Source: Candidatus Bathyarchaeota archaeon (lineage in GTDB: Archaea > Thermoproteota > Bathyarchaeia > Bathyarchaeales > Bathycorpusculaceae). Taken from it: DNA of 64,000 nt. Where the stretch lies: positions 32,001 to 96,000 of the forward strand of contig CAWFFH010000004.1 of assembly GCA_963815095.1 (NCBI GenBank), read 5' to 3'. The notes below the pieces were generated by a model, which was not told where the DNA came from, did not search any database, and was given only the letters and a program-made list of their open reading frames with translations. This document shows, piece by piece, positions 30,146 through 40,426 of the stretch. Positions within the stretch are counted from its first letter, which is position 1. The number at the start of each line of letters is the position of its first letter. The position numbers and the translations under genes are program-made.

Positions 30146-31510
30146 TTAGAGACGTTTAATGTAGCGGTTAACTTCCCACTCGGTAACTTGGGTGCGGTAT
30201 AGATCCCATTCGTTGCGTTTCTCTTTGAGGAAGTTCTCGAATGCGGTTTGACCGAGGGTTTCCTTCATTAAGTCGCTGGTTTCGAATTCGTCGAGGGCTT
30301 CTTTTAGTGACTCTGGCAGTGAAACGATGCCGCGGGCTTTGCGTTCTTCGTAGGTCATATGATAAACGTTTAGTTCTACTGGGTCGCCTGGGTCGATTCT
30401 GTTCTTGATCCCGTCTAAGCCTGTTGCTAAGAGCACAGCGAATTGTAAATATGGGTTGCCTGAACCATCTGGACAGCGGATTTCGCATCTGGCTGCGCCT
30501 TTTCTTCCTCCGAAGTTGGGTACGCGGATGAGTGGACTGCGGTTCTTGTGTGCCCATGCAAGGTAGACAGGTGCTTCGTAGCCCGGTACTAGGCGTTTGT
30601 AGCTGTTAGGCCATGAATCTAGAACTGCTGCCATTTTTCGTCCATGGGCAAGTTGTCCTCCGATGAAGTTTCTGGCTATGTCTGAGAGGAAACCGTTCTT
30701 TTCGTCATCTGAGTAGAACATGTTTTGGGTTATGTCTTTGTTCCATAGGCTTTGGTGAACGTGCATGCCGCTGCCGTTGATGCCTTGGAAGGGTTTAGGC
30801 ATATAGGTGGTCACGTAGCCTGCTCGTGCCGCAACTACTTTCCCGCACATCTTCATGGTTATGGCGCGGTCAGCAGTAACTAGGGCTTCTCCATATTTGA
30901 AGTCAATTTCGTTTTGTCCCAACGCGACTTCGTGGTGGCTGAGCTCGATTTCTATGCCAAAAGCTTCTGCCGTATCGGCAATTTCTCGTCGTAAATCATC
31001 GGTTAAGTCGCTAGGGTGGAAATCGAAATAGCCTGCTAAGTCAATGGGAGTTGGTAAGCCACCAGTTTCGCTCTCTTTCACTATGAAGAATTCTAGTTCA
31101 GGAGCACAAATGAAAGTGTAACCTGCTTTTGCGGCTTTTTCTACGGTGCGTTCAAGGACGTAGCGTGGATCGCCTTCGAAGCGTTTGTTCTGTGGAGTGT
31201 ATATGTCGCAGAGGAGTCTGCAGGATGATTTCTCTTTTGGTCTCCAAGGTAGAATTGCAAAGGTAGTTGGATCTGGGAAGAGAACCATGTCGGATTCTTC
31301 GATTGGCCTGTAACCTGTGATTGAGGATCCGTCAAAGGATTGGCCGTTTTCAAAGATGCTTTCCATGTTTTTGGAGCTGACAGCAATGTTTTTCAGCATG
31401 CCGTTTATGTCGGTGAATTGTAGTCTAACGAATTTTATTTCTTGCTCTTGAATTTGTTGGATAACTTTGGATACTGCTTCTTTCCACGCGGGGTTTTTGA
31501 AATTTTTCAT
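30146..31510 (-). CDS. glnA: Glutamine synthetase type I
   Basis: FDGSSI, HHEVA, PKPFQGINGSGMHVHQS, YKRLVPGYEAP. Confidence 0.95.
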   Translation of the reverse strand: MKNFKNPAWKEAVSKVIQQIQEQEIKFVRLQFTDINGMLKNIAVSSKNMESIFENGQSFDGSSITGYRPIEESDMVLFPDPTTFAILPWRPKEKSSCRLLCDIYTPQNKRFEGDPRYVLERTVEKAAKAGYTFICAPELEFFIVKESETGGLPTPIDLAGYFDFHPSDLTDDLRREIADTAEAFGIEIELSHHEVALGQNEIDFKYGEALVTADRAITMKMCGKVVAARAGYVTTYMPKPFQGINGSGMHVHQSLWNKDITQNMFYSDDEKNGFLSDIARNFIGGQLAHGRKMAAVLDSWPNSYKRLVPGYEAPVYLAWAHKNRSPLIRVPNFGGRKGAARCEIRCPDGSGNPYLQFAVLLATGLDGIKNRIDPGDPVELNVYHMTYEERKARGIVSLPESLKEALDEFETSDLMKETLGQTAFENFLKEKRNEWDLYRTQVTEWEVNRYIKRL

Positions 31511-31730
31511 TTTTTCTTATTCTCCTTGTGAGGCTTGGCTTTAGTCTCCATATGTTATGGAAATCAGATTAAACGTAAACATATATAAATTTATCGCTTT
31601 GAAATTATAGATAAATGTTCATTAATTATGCAAATCAATGAAATAATGTGCAACAAACACTTGCATTATGCACTGCAAAAAAATGTTGAAAAAAACCATT
31701 TAACTAGTCAAATAACCAAAAATTCAACCA

Positions 31731-32204
31731 TTATCGCTCTCTTCGCAGGAAATCACCAATATCCAATACGTTTTTAACCACAATTTTATTACCAACAACG
31801 GAATCGCGCAGGTTTTCAACAATTCTGCCGAAACCTAAACATTCGCCAAATTCATTGAACACCAACGTATTAGTCTCCTTCCTGCCTGGGCCTTGAACAC
31901 GCACAATGCTTTTCCTCAAAACATCCCTGCCACAAATAAAAAGCCACGCAGCCTTCTTATCCAATATGACTCGATAAGCTTCTTTTTTAGCAAGCATTCC
32001 CAGCAGGTAAAAGCTTGGAAAGAACTTACCCTCCTTCGCTTTCCCTAAATAAACTCCTGCAGAAAAGAAATTTTCCACAATCATGGGCTTCAAAGCGGAA
32101 TTTACTAGGTAAAAACGCCCAGTGTTCTCAACCATCAAATCCAAATTCAATGCAATTTGAACTCCGAATTGGAAGGCAAAGTCTGTAATAGCCCATGTGT
32201 TCAT
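31731..32204 (-). CDS. NIP7/PUA-like ribosome biogenesis protein
   Basis: AWLFICGRDV...CLGFG...KNVLDIGDFLRRE; operon with the RsmB/NOP2 gene. Confidence 0.65.
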   Translation of the reverse strand: MNTWAITDFAFQFGVQIALNLDLMVENTGRFYLVNSALKPMIVENFFSAGVYLGKAKEGKFFPSFYLLGMLAKKEAYRVILDKKAAWLFICGRDVLRKSIVRVQGPGRKETNTLVFNEFGECLGFGRIVENLRDSVVGNKIVVKNVLDIGDFLRRER

Positions 32205-33091
32205 GGTTTTGAACTCCGTTTTTTCAATTTACATACGAAGAAACCTTGATTTTCACCGGGCCAAAGTCGCCTGCAATTTTTAATCGAAGGGTCTAATTGC
32301 TTTCCAAAAACGTTAATTAACCCTTTTTCCCCGCTGCAATATATTTCTTCAGTTTGGAGGTTGAGGTTTCTTATTGCCCAATCAATGTTTAACTCATCTT
32401 CTTCAGGTTCAAGCGAACAAGTAGAGTAAACTAATTCACCCTCATCACTCAGACATTCAACTACTTCCGTTAGAATTTCCCGTTGTAGGCCAGCGTTACG
32501 CTCTACGTCCTTTAGGGTTCGGTTTGAGAACCAGTTTTTGTCTGATGCAAAATTGCCCGAGCAAGGTGCATCAACTAGCACCCGATCAAACTTTAGGTTT
32601 AATGTGGAGGCTTGTCTTGCATCCAACATATAAACCACTGTATTGCTAACGCGGCAACGCTCCACATGGTTAACTAACGCATTCAACCGCCACTTATCCA
32701 CGTCCAAAGCTACAATCACACCCAAGTTCTCCATCAAATCAGCTAAATGTACGGTTTTGCCACCTGGAGCCGCGGCTGCATCGAGTACTTTTTTTCCTTT
32801 TAGATGTGTAAAAACGGAGACTGGGATTTGAGCGGCTGCCTCTTGAATAGAATACATGCCCAGAAGGTATTCGGCTGTTGCGCCAGCGGAAACTTTTGAT
32901 TCCTGTACCCAGTAGCCTGAGTCGAGGAATGGGATTTTTTGTAGGTGTACGCCTAAATCTGCAAGCCTTTGAATGAGTTTTTTTCCTTTTGCATTAGTAT
33001 TGTTGATTCTGACCGCTTGCTTTAACGTAACCTCTTGGTATTGCCAACCTAACCGTTCATAGCGGTCTGTAAAGAATTCTTTGCCCGACAT
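32201..33091 (-). CDS. RsmB/NOL1/NOP2 RNA m5C methyltransferase
   Basis: AAAPGGKT, DRVLVDAPCSG, VYSTCS. Confidence 0.92.
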   Translation of the reverse strand: MSGKEFFTDRYERLGWQYQEVTLKQAVRINNTNAKGKKLIQRLADLGVHLQKIPFLDSGYWVQESKVSAGATAEYLLGMYSIQEAAAQIPVSVFTHLKGKKVLDAAAAPGGKTVHLADLMENLGVIVALDVDKWRLNALVNHVERCRVSNTVVYMLDARQASTLNLKFDRVLVDAPCSGNFASDKNWFSNRTLKDVERNAGLQREILTEVVECLSDEGELVYSTCSLEPEEDELNIDWAIRNLNLQTEEIYCSGEKGLINVFGKQLDPSIKNCRRLWPGENQGFFVCKLKKRSSKP

Positions 33092-33143
33092 CAGCCTTAG
33101 ATGGCTAAATCAATGATAAAAACTTTTCAACAGACTTCCTATT

Positions 33144-34214
33144 TTAGGTGGTGTTCATCGGTGGCTGCGATGTTTGGTTAAATGGGTCCAGCTTGTCGTA
33201 TTTTTTGTATCGCCAGTAACCAAGTGAAGCGATCCAAGATAAAATGAAGATGCCGATGATTCCGAAGCCTATGATTTCAAAATCTATGGCGTTTAGCCAG
33301 CTCCAGAATAAGCCGTTGAGGTTTAGTTCTGTGGAGAGAACCTGTAGAAGTTCTATAGTACCTATTGCCCAAGCAACTAGAACTGAGATGACTGTGACCG
33401 TTAGGTTGTAGTATATTTTTCTGATAGGGTTTAGGAATGCCCAGCCGTACGCAACTCTCATGGCAACTCCGTCTGCTGTGTCAACGGTTACCATGCCGCA
33501 GGTGAACAGCAATGGAAGGATAAGGATGTAGTAGAGAGGAATGCTTGTGGAAACTCCTATCCCGACGCTTATGGCTATTAGTGCGACTTCGCTTGCCGTG
33601 TCGAACCCTAAACCAAAGAGAACGCCTACTGGATAGATGTGCCATGGTTTGTTTATGACTTTGAAGAGGGGACGGAAGAAACGGTTCAAGAACCCGCGAT
33701 TTTCAAGCAGGTTGTCGAGCTCTTCTTGATTGAGTTTGCCCCGTTTTAAGGTCTGAAAAATCTTGTAAATACCTATAACGATGACCGCGTTTATGAAGCC
33801 TATGATCCAAAGGAAGCTTCCTGAAACCAAGGTTCCTACAACTGCGCCTGTGCTTTGAAGGGTAGGAATGTCAGCTGCAACAGCTCTTGTTGCAAATATT
33901 AGAGCGATTATTAGTGCAACTACAACTGTAGAATGCCCCAGAGAGAACCATAATCCAACTGTGTAAGGGCGTTTTCCATCTTGCATAAGCTTTCTTGTTG
34001 TATTGTCGATTGCGGCTATGTGATCGGCGTCGACTCCGTGGCGCAAACCGAAGACGTAGGCGACGATGCCCAAACCGCCCAGGACCACGGCGATTTTTCC
34101 GATTACAAAAGCTGCTGAGAATCCAACAGCTGTTATGGTTATGAGTACTGAGAAAATTATTGCTATCTGTATTTTTTCGTTGCGTGAGAGATTGATTGCG
34201 GTTTGATTTCCCAT
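33144..34214 (-). CDS. High-affinity nickel/cobalt transporter (HoxN/NixA, NiCoT)
   Basis: GLRHGVDADHIAAIDN, FSLGHSTVV, LFGLGFDTASE. Confidence 0.95.
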   Translation of the reverse strand: MGNQTAINLSRNEKIQIAIIFSVLITITAVGFSAAFVIGKIAVVLGGLGIVAYVFGLRHGVDADHIAAIDNTTRKLMQDGKRPYTVGLWFSLGHSTVVVALIIALIFATRAVAADIPTLQSTGAVVGTLVSGSFLWIIGFINAVIVIGIYKIFQTLKRGKLNQEELDNLLENRGFLNRFFRPLFKVINKPWHIYPVGVLFGLGFDTASEVALIAISVGIGVSTSIPLYYILILPLLFTCGMVTVDTADGVAMRVAYGWAFLNPIRKIYYNLTVTVISVLVAWAIGTIELLQVLSTELNLNGLFWSWLNAIDFEIIGFGIIGIFILSWIASLGYWRYKKYDKLDPFNQTSQPPMNTT

Positions 34215-34229
34215 CTTTACCTGCCCTCA

Positions 34230-34257
34230 GTAACACTATCAAGAAAAATCGTGTTAC
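34230..34257. promoter_or_regulatory. Putative NikR operator GTAACAC-N14-GTGTTAC
   Basis: 28-bp inverted repeat between the NiCoT TATA (34262-34271, minus strand) and its start; same overall length as E. coli NikR box GTATGA-N16-TCATAC. Confidence 0.7.
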
Positions 34258-34386
34258 GATTCATATAAAAGCTTTTAGGCGGTTTTGTGAACTTCTCGTC
34301 ATCCATGTATCTTATTCATAGTTTTTTTGTCCATGTGAAAAATCGTCACCTAACTTTTATTTTTTCTATTTTCAAATTTAGTTTTC

Positions 34387-34998
34387 CTATGGCATTGGAA
34401 CCTTTGCCATAAAATTATCTGAAATAGCATCTTCATTGAAAAACTTGTTATCTCGAAGAAAAGCCTCTTTCAATGCAGTAGGAACATAAACTGGGGTTTT
34501 TTGATGTTCATACGACTGGGTCGTAACCCCATCTTTTACTTCTGCTCTAACCCTCTGAACTACATGGGGTTGTGCTGTTGCTTGATATAATTTATCAAGA
34601 CTATATGCTACCTCATCGAGAGCAAAAACAAATTCTCCAGTGTTTATGTCAAACCCTGCTTCTCCAAAACGCATTTTACCATATGCAAGACTAAGACTCT
34701 CAATAAAAGCCTTCAATCGCTCATCAGTCAACAATAAATCAAAATAACCAATTCTTGCTTTTCCACGTTTCAATAAATCGGGCAAGTAATGAATACCTTT
34801 GCTTTTATTATCTAAATGCAGAATGGCTTTGATAAATAATTCAACCGATTGTTCGGCAAGCAAACAACTCGGATAAATCATTCCTTGCATAAAGGAAACT
34901 CTTGCCATAACATAGTTTTCACGAGCGATATGCCATGCCAACAAGAAAGAAATAGGCTGTTTGACTTCTCGGATGGTTAGAAAATTATTCTTAGACAT
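34387..34998 (-). CDS. HEPN-domain protein (transposon cargo)
   Basis: SCLLAEQSVELFIKAIL...HYLPDLL...MRFG pattern. Confidence 0.7.
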   Translation of the reverse strand: MSKNNFLTIREVKQPISFLLAWHIARENYVMARVSFMQGMIYPSCLLAEQSVELFIKAILHLDNKSKGIHYLPDLLKRGKARIGYFDLLLTDERLKAFIESLSLAYGKMRFGEAGFDINTGEFVFALDEVAYSLDKLYQATAQPHVVQRVRAEVKDGVTTQSYEHQKTPVYVPTALKEAFLRDNKFFNEDAISDNFMAKVPMP

Positions 34999-35088
34999 AA
35001 TAGAATACCCATTCGTTATTTGTTTGGATAAGGTATTTAAAATAAATGAAAAACTGATTCCTCATTTTTCTTTTGAGGGTGATATTGT

Positions 35089-35289
35089 TTGAGTTATGCT
35101 GAAAGAAGTAGGCATTGTTATGGTGGAAATATCAGAAAAGCAAAACGGGTTCAAGCTAAACGGAGTGATTGGGCTAAACATATAGATTCTAAACTGAAGG
35201 CACCTAAAGCTAGAAGTGTTGACCAATGGTTGAGTGCGCCTAACCGATTTGATTTATCGAATGTTGACATCAATAAAAAACGTCAATAA
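35089..35289 (+). CDS. Small basic hypothetical protein (cargo)
   Basis: 66 aa, GAGGGTGA RBS. Confidence 0.5.
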   Translation: MSYAERSRHCYGGNIRKAKRVQAKRSDWAKHIDSKLKAPKARSVDQWLSAPNRFDLSNVDINKKRQ

Positions 35290-35471
35290 CTTTCTTTTTT
35301 TCTATTGAATGTCAATCGCTGAGAAACTTGGAATTACTAATTTGGACAACGAAGGAAGATTACTCGCTTATTGGCTTTTAATCGTAATTGCTTCTTTCCT
35401 TTCTTTTGTGACTTTAAACAAATTACATCTTCTAAACGAATTTACATTCATTTTTTTGGTTGTTTCTAGTT

Positions 35472-35912
35472 TCAGTTCTTCTTTTTGTGTTTATAGAACT
35501 TTACAAACAAGTCCAAATACACCAAACCAGCAAGAGCAGAACCAATTGCGAGATTAACCCAAAAATCTTTACGGTAAATTGACCAAAAGCTTGCAATATT
35601 GTCCGTTAGTTCATTTACTAATAAGGTAAGACCTAAAATAGTTCCAAAAAAAGCTAAAAACCCGTAACCTTGTGGTATTGTTAGATTCCCGTTTGCAGTC
35701 ACTTGACAAATTCCATTTCCCCCTCGCATAAAAAGTGGTGTTAAGAAATCTGAAGCTATGAATGCGATTATTGTAACGATAAATAATGTTGCAATTTGTG
35801 TTCCATGAAACCAAAACAAAAAAGCACCAGATAAGATAGCAATTAAGGGAACAGTAAAAAGTGGAAACTTGAAAATTGCCCAAATAGTCTTTAAAAGCGA
35901 TTTTCTTCTCAA
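35472..35912 (-). CDS. Membrane protein (cargo)
   Basis: 4 TM segments. Confidence 0.55.
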   Translation of the reverse strand: MRRKSLLKTIWAIFKFPLFTVPLIAILSGAFLFWFHGTQIATLFIVTIIAFIASDFLTPLFMRGGNGICQVTANGNLTIPQGYGFLAFFGTILGLTLLVNELTDNIASFWSIYRKDFWVNLAIGSALAGLVYLDLFVKFYKHKKKN

Positions 35913-35958
35913 TTACATCAGACCTTAATGTTCTTGTTTTATTGTGAAAAAAGACACT

Positions 35959-36141
35959 TTATCGTACTTCTCCTTTTTGCGGTTTAACGATGATTACTAT
36001 TTCACTGCCTTCTGCTTTCAAAATCCACTCTAATTTATCATATTCAGTTAATCCGAATTGCTGTATTATGCTTCGTGGAACTGTTGTTCTCAGGGATTCT
36101 GTTTTTGGTGAGGCTTTGTTTAGGTATGTTATTTCGCCCAT
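35959..36141 (-). CDS. AbrB/MazE/SpoVT-like small regulator, divergent from the transposase
   Basis: SLRTTVPRSIIQQFGLTEYDKLEW. Confidence 0.8.
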   Translation of the reverse strand: MGEITYLNKASPKTESLRTTVPRSIIQQFGLTEYDKLEWILKAEGSEIVIIVKPQKGEVR

Positions 36142-36256
36142 TTTGATACCTTCGTATAGGCATATTAATGAGTCAAGGGGTATTTCAATATACCTATACT
36201 TATGCCTAAAACCTTATTAGGCAGTATAGCTTTAGGTATAAGCAGAGGTATAAGCA

Positions 36257-37387
36257 ATGATGGCGGCACAAACAACCGAAAGACAAGAAAAAGGTCAAAC
36301 AATCGCACATCTAACCAACCAAATACAAAGATTCGACAACTACCACTATGTAGTCAAATCACAAAGCAGTGAAGCAAGCTATAATGTAAACAAAGAATAT
36401 GGTTCATGGAGATGCAACTGCCCCGATCACTTCTACCGACACGTAAAATGCAAACACATCTATGCCGTTGAATTTTCAAATGAACTAAGACTAAAAGTAG
36501 AAGCCAAAAGAATAGTACCACTCGGCAACCTATCAAGCTGTATCCACTGTGGCTCAAGCAACATCGCAAAAAAGGGCTTACGCAAAAACAAATGTGGCAA
36601 CCTTCAGAAATTCTATTGCCTCGACTGCAATAAATGGTTCACTTTCAACATTGGCTTTGAAAGAATGAAACACAATCCTCAAGCAATCACCTCAGCAATG
36701 CAACTCTACTTCAGCGGAGAATCACTTAGAAATACAGCCGAATCACTCAAACTCTTAGGCGTAGAAGTATCTTATCGAACAATCCTAAACTGGATAACAA
36801 AATACGTCAAACTAATGAAAGAATACACAGAAAAAATAACTCCTGAAGTCAGCGACACATGGAGAGCAGACGAACTCTGGATAAAGGTCAGTGGAAACAT
36901 GAAATACCTCTTCTCAATGATGGATGATGAAACAAGATTTTGGATAAGTCAAGAAGTGGCAGAAACAAAAGACAAACACGATGCACGAAAACTGTTACGC
37001 ATGTCAAAAGAAGTTTGCGGAAAAACACCTAAAACCTTCATAACTGATGGGTTAAAATCCTACCATCAAGCATTCAAAAAAGAATTTCAATCATCCGCAA
37101 ACTCAGAAAACAAACATATCAACGAAATCATGCTCAAAGGTTCAGTTCACAACAATAAAATGGAGCGCATGAACGGAGAAATCAGAGATAGAGAAAAAAC
37201 CATGCGAGGACTAAAAATTAACGAAACATCAATTCTCCAAGGAATGCAACTTTATCACAACTACATTAGACCGCATATGGCATTAGACGGCAAAACCCCA
37301 TCAGAAGCATGTGGAATCACGATTGAAGGCGAAAACAAATGGAAAACCCTAATACAAAACGCAAGCCGAAACAACCCAAAAACTTAA
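36257..37387 (+). CDS. DDE transposase (IS6/IS240-like) with SWIM Zn finger and Zn ribbon
   Basis: CNCPD...CKH (SWIM), CIHC...CLDC, WRADE, ITDG, NNKMER, YHNYIRPH. Confidence 0.88.
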   Translation: MMAAQTTERQEKGQTIAHLTNQIQRFDNYHYVVKSQSSEASYNVNKEYGSWRCNCPDHFYRHVKCKHIYAVEFSNELRLKVEAKRIVPLGNLSSCIHCGSSNIAKKGLRKNKCGNLQKFYCLDCNKWFTFNIGFERMKHNPQAITSAMQLYFSGESLRNTAESLKLLGVEVSYRTILNWITKYVKLMKEYTEKITPEVSDTWRADELWIKVSGNMKYLFSMMDDETRFWISQEVAETKDKHDARKLLRMSKEVCGKTPKTFITDGLKSYHQAFKKEFQSSANSENKHINEIMLKGSVHNNKMERMNGEIRDREKTMRGLKINETSILQGMQLYHNYIRPHMALDGKTPSEACGITIEGENKWKTLIQNASRNNPKT

Positions 37388-37421
37388 ACATAGAACGCTT
37401 CTAAAATCAACAAGGATTCGC

Positions 37422-38288
37422 TTGAGGACAAATTACCTCTTCCTAAAATACAGAATTATCAAACACAAGAGAGCCCTAAAGTCGGCTGGTTTTGTTGTTT
37501 TGTTGGCAATAATAATAATTGCTGCTTTTGCAGTTACTGTAAATGTTTTAGAAATAGAAACACCATACTTCAACCCACCACCAGAAACAGTTTGGCGCTA
37601 TTTCACACTTACTTATCCACAAAATAGTCCTAATGGTCAACCTCTCACCGTATCAGTAAACTTGACAACACGAGGCGATTTTGCTGTGGGACAAAAAACA
37701 TACATGTATGTAAGCGGCAGTTTAGCAAACAATCTTTTTCAAAATTTATCATTTGTATATCCTTGGGGTTATCAACCAGACAACAATAGCCTCGCATATC
37801 TTGGAGCTATTTCAAATTTAACTGGTATTATGGTAGGATTTGCTGGTGCACCAATATCGACCAATGCAATAGGGTTGCTGCCCTATTTAGCCAATCTGCC
37901 ACCTGATATTCCTAGTCCCAATTTTAGCACATATAGTCCTGTTGGAACAGCAGTACAGCTTATCGCAAATTACACGAACCCTAATTTGCAACAAGGAAAT
38001 AGCTTCGGTAATAATGGAATGTCTGTGGGGGCTCTTACGCAAGAATTAACTTGGACAGCTCAAGGAGATTATCACCCAGAAATTACCTTTTACACAGGCT
38101 CAACTTGGCAAAATGTGGACACTGTTTACAGCAATATCGACATCCATATTGATTCATCAGACGTATTGACTACAGCACGATATAATCGAATAAGTGAAGT
38201 TCTGACAATAGTTCTAGTTATCTTTGCTTTTGTAGAGGCAATTAAGCTAATTCATGAAAACTTCGTAAAACATTACCCAATGAGTTAA
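37422..38288 (+). CDS. Extracellular protein with N- and C-terminal membrane anchors (cargo)
   Basis: Two terminal TM segments around an Asn/Ser/Thr-rich domain. Confidence 0.65.
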   Translation: MRTNYLFLKYRIIKHKRALKSAGFVVLLAIIIIAAFAVTVNVLEIETPYFNPPPETVWRYFTLTYPQNSPNGQPLTVSVNLTTRGDFAVGQKTYMYVSGSLANNLFQNLSFVYPWGYQPDNNSLAYLGAISNLTGIMVGFAGAPISTNAIGLLPYLANLPPDIPSPNFSTYSPVGTAVQLIANYTNPNLQQGNSFGNNGMSVGALTQELTWTAQGDYHPEITFYTGSTWQNVDTVYSNIDIHIDSSDVLTTARYNRISEVLTIVLVIFAFVEAIKLIHENFVKHYPMS

Positions 38289-38512
38289 TTGTCGTTCCAA
38301 TACCAATAAGCAATACCTATACAGACACCAGCGGCAATCATAAAGGCAAGGATAATCAAACCGAATATTTCTGGAACAGAATTACCACTGCTTAAAGGAT
38401 GGTAATAGAAAACACAAAGAACTATACAGAGAACAGCTAACACTCCAAAAATTGTTCCGAGCCAAAACCATCCCTCTGCAGCTTGACTATCATACTTTCC
38501 CATCTTATGCAC
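38285..38512 (-). CDS. Small 2-TM protein (cargo)
   Basis: 75 aa, GAGGAG RBS. Confidence 0.5.
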   Translation of the reverse strand: MHKMGKYDSQAAEGWFWLGTIFGVLAVLCIVLCVFYYHPLSSGNSVPEIFGLIILAFMIAAGVCIGIAYWYWNDN

Positions 38513-38680
38513 TCCTCATAATAAAAAAGAAAAACCCCTCAGAGCCATACTTTTCTTTTAAAATAAGTTAGCCCGAATGCCTCAGATGACGACTTTTCAC
38601 AACGAGATAAGATTTGAAAGATAAAAGTTCAGATGACGAGAAGTTCACAAAACCTTTTAGGCACAACAAACAAATTCTAC

Positions 38681-39100
38681 ATGGGACCAACAATGGCAAA
38701 AGTAACACGAATAGGCGTAACATTCCCACCCGAACTCCTCAAAGACTTCGACGAAATCACCACAAAAATGGGCTACGAAAGCCGTAGCAAAGCCATCCAA
38801 GACGCCGTTAGACTCTATGTTTCCGAGCGCAAATGGGTTAAAGAAGAGAATGCCCAGCAAACAGGCGTTCTATTGATGGTTTACGACCACGACACAAAAG
38901 GACTAGAAAGCGACCTTACCGAAGCACAGCATCACCATACAGAGATGATTACCTCAAGCATGCACATACACCTCGGCGAGCACGACTGCCTCGAAGTCAT
39001 CGCCGTTAAAGGCAAGGGCTCAGAAATCAGGCACCTAAGCGACCACTTAGCCTCAAGAAGAGGAGTAAAAATCCTCAAATCAATGATAGTTTCCGTTTAA
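38681..39100 (+). CDS. nikR: Nickel-responsive regulator NikR
   Basis: RIGVTFPPELLKDFD...SRSKAIQDA, QHHH, HIHL...CLEVIAVKG; the ORF-track start 38633 lies inside the TIR. Confidence 0.93.
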   Translation: MGPTMAKVTRIGVTFPPELLKDFDEITTKMGYESRSKAIQDAVRLYVSERKWVKEENAQQTGVLLMVYDHDTKGLESDLTEAQHHHTEMITSSMHIHLGEHDCLEVIAVKGKGSEIRHLSDHLASRRGVKILKSMIVSV

Positions 39101-40008
39101 CTCTTCACTTCAAACATTCGTTCCAACGAAGCGCGAGCTTTCTTGGCAACTGCTTCAGAAACATTAACCACATTCTTTTCCTCTTTTAAGGCCGAATAGA
39201 GCCTGTCAAGAGTGGTAAGCTTCATGTTGGGGCAGACGGCGCCTTCGTAGGCGAGATAGAAGTTCTTCTTTGGGTTCTCTTTGCGTAGGCGATGAAGTAT
39301 GCCTTCTTCGGTACCGATGATAAAGTCTTTGGCAGGGGATTCTTTGGCGTAACGGCATATTTTGGAGGTGCTGCCTATGAAGTCGGCTACTTTGCGCATT
39401 TCTGAGCTGCATTCAGGGTGAACTAAGGCTACTGCGTTCGGATGTTGCATCTTTAGAACTTTTACATCTTCAGGTTGAAACAGAAGGTGAGTTGGGCAGA
39501 ACCCGTTGGATGGAATGGGTATTAATTTTTTGCCTGTTTTTTCGCTAACATACTCTGCTAGGTTTTTGTCAGGGCCAAACAAGATTGTGTCGGCATCGAG
39601 GGAATTTATGACTTCAACTGCGTTGGCGCTGGTGCAGCAAACATCGCATTCAGCTTTGCATGAAGCCAACGTGTTAACATAAAGCACTACGGGCGCGTTT
39701 GGGTATTGTTTTTTGGCGCGTTTAATTTCATCGACAGTTAACATCTGTGCCATTGGACAACGTGCGCCTAAACATGGCAAAAGCACTTTTTTGCTGGGGT
39801 TTAAAATTGCTGCGGATTCAGCCATGAAATCTACTGCTGAAAAAACAATTATTTCAGCTTCCTTTTCTTCGGCGGCTTTGCGGCTGAGTTCGATGCTGTC
39901 GCCTACATAATCGGCTATATCTTGGATTTCTGGACGCTGGTAGTTATGAGCCAAGATAATGGCTTTTTTTTCTTTTTTGAGTTTTTGGATTTTATCCGAT
40001 AAATCCAT
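39097..40008 (-). CDS. nadA: Quinolinate synthase
   Basis: ILAHNYQ, FMAESA, CPMA, VHPEC, CPNMK. Confidence 0.95.
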   Translation of the reverse strand: MDLSDKIQKLKKEKKAIILAHNYQRPEIQDIADYVGDSIELSRKAAEEKEAEIIVFSAVDFMAESAAILNPSKKVLLPCLGARCPMAQMLTVDEIKRAKKQYPNAPVVLYVNTLASCKAECDVCCTSANAVEVINSLDADTILFGPDKNLAEYVSEKTGKKLIPIPSNGFCPTHLLFQPEDVKVLKMQHPNAVALVHPECSSEMRKVADFIGSTSKICRYAKESPAKDFIIGTEEGILHRLRKENPKKNFYLAYEGAVCPNMKLTTLDRLYSALKEEKNVVNVSEAVAKKARASLERMFEVKS

Positions 40009-40426
40009 GTTTTCGCCTTGTTTAGAATTAAACGTGAAAAAATAGAAGGGAGAGTTAAAAGATATATGCTTTTACCCTCTTAGGTGGACTTTGAACCCTA
40101 AAAAGCATAGAAAATTGTTCTGCTAGTCTTTTCTGCGAAAGGGTTTATCAAAAACCTCTGCTAACAAAAAGTGGAGCGCCCATTACCTTATATTTAGAAG
40201 GCATCTTTACTGAATAATAGGTTGATTGGTTTGACTGTTGATGCAACTAGAACAAAAAAGCCAAAGCTGCCTAAGAAACGGTTACTGAAAAAAATTAACC
40301 GCAGATAAGCATCATTGAGAATTTTCATGTTTCATTTGTTTTGAAAATATATTGGCGAGGCTGTCTTCCAAAAAATTTTTGCAATAAGAAAGAAAAAATA
40401 ATAAAAATGGTTTTTGGGTCAGCTTA

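Larger units (their letters stand above)
34281..38654. mobile_element. 4,374-bp IS6-like transposon with passenger genes
   Basis: Perfect 23-bp TIRs GGTTTTGTGAACTTCTCGTCATC (34281-34303 / 38632-38654) and 8-bp TSD TTTTAGGC (34273-34280 / 38655-38662). Confidence 0.92.

Noticed and set aside
35309-35557. 82-aa plus-strand membrane ORF in the transposon
   Set aside because: Overlaps the convergent 35472-35912 gene by 86 bp; plausible but not supportable
38633-38680. N-terminal extension of NikR
   Set aside because: The ATG lies within the transposon TIR, upstream of the TATA-like site
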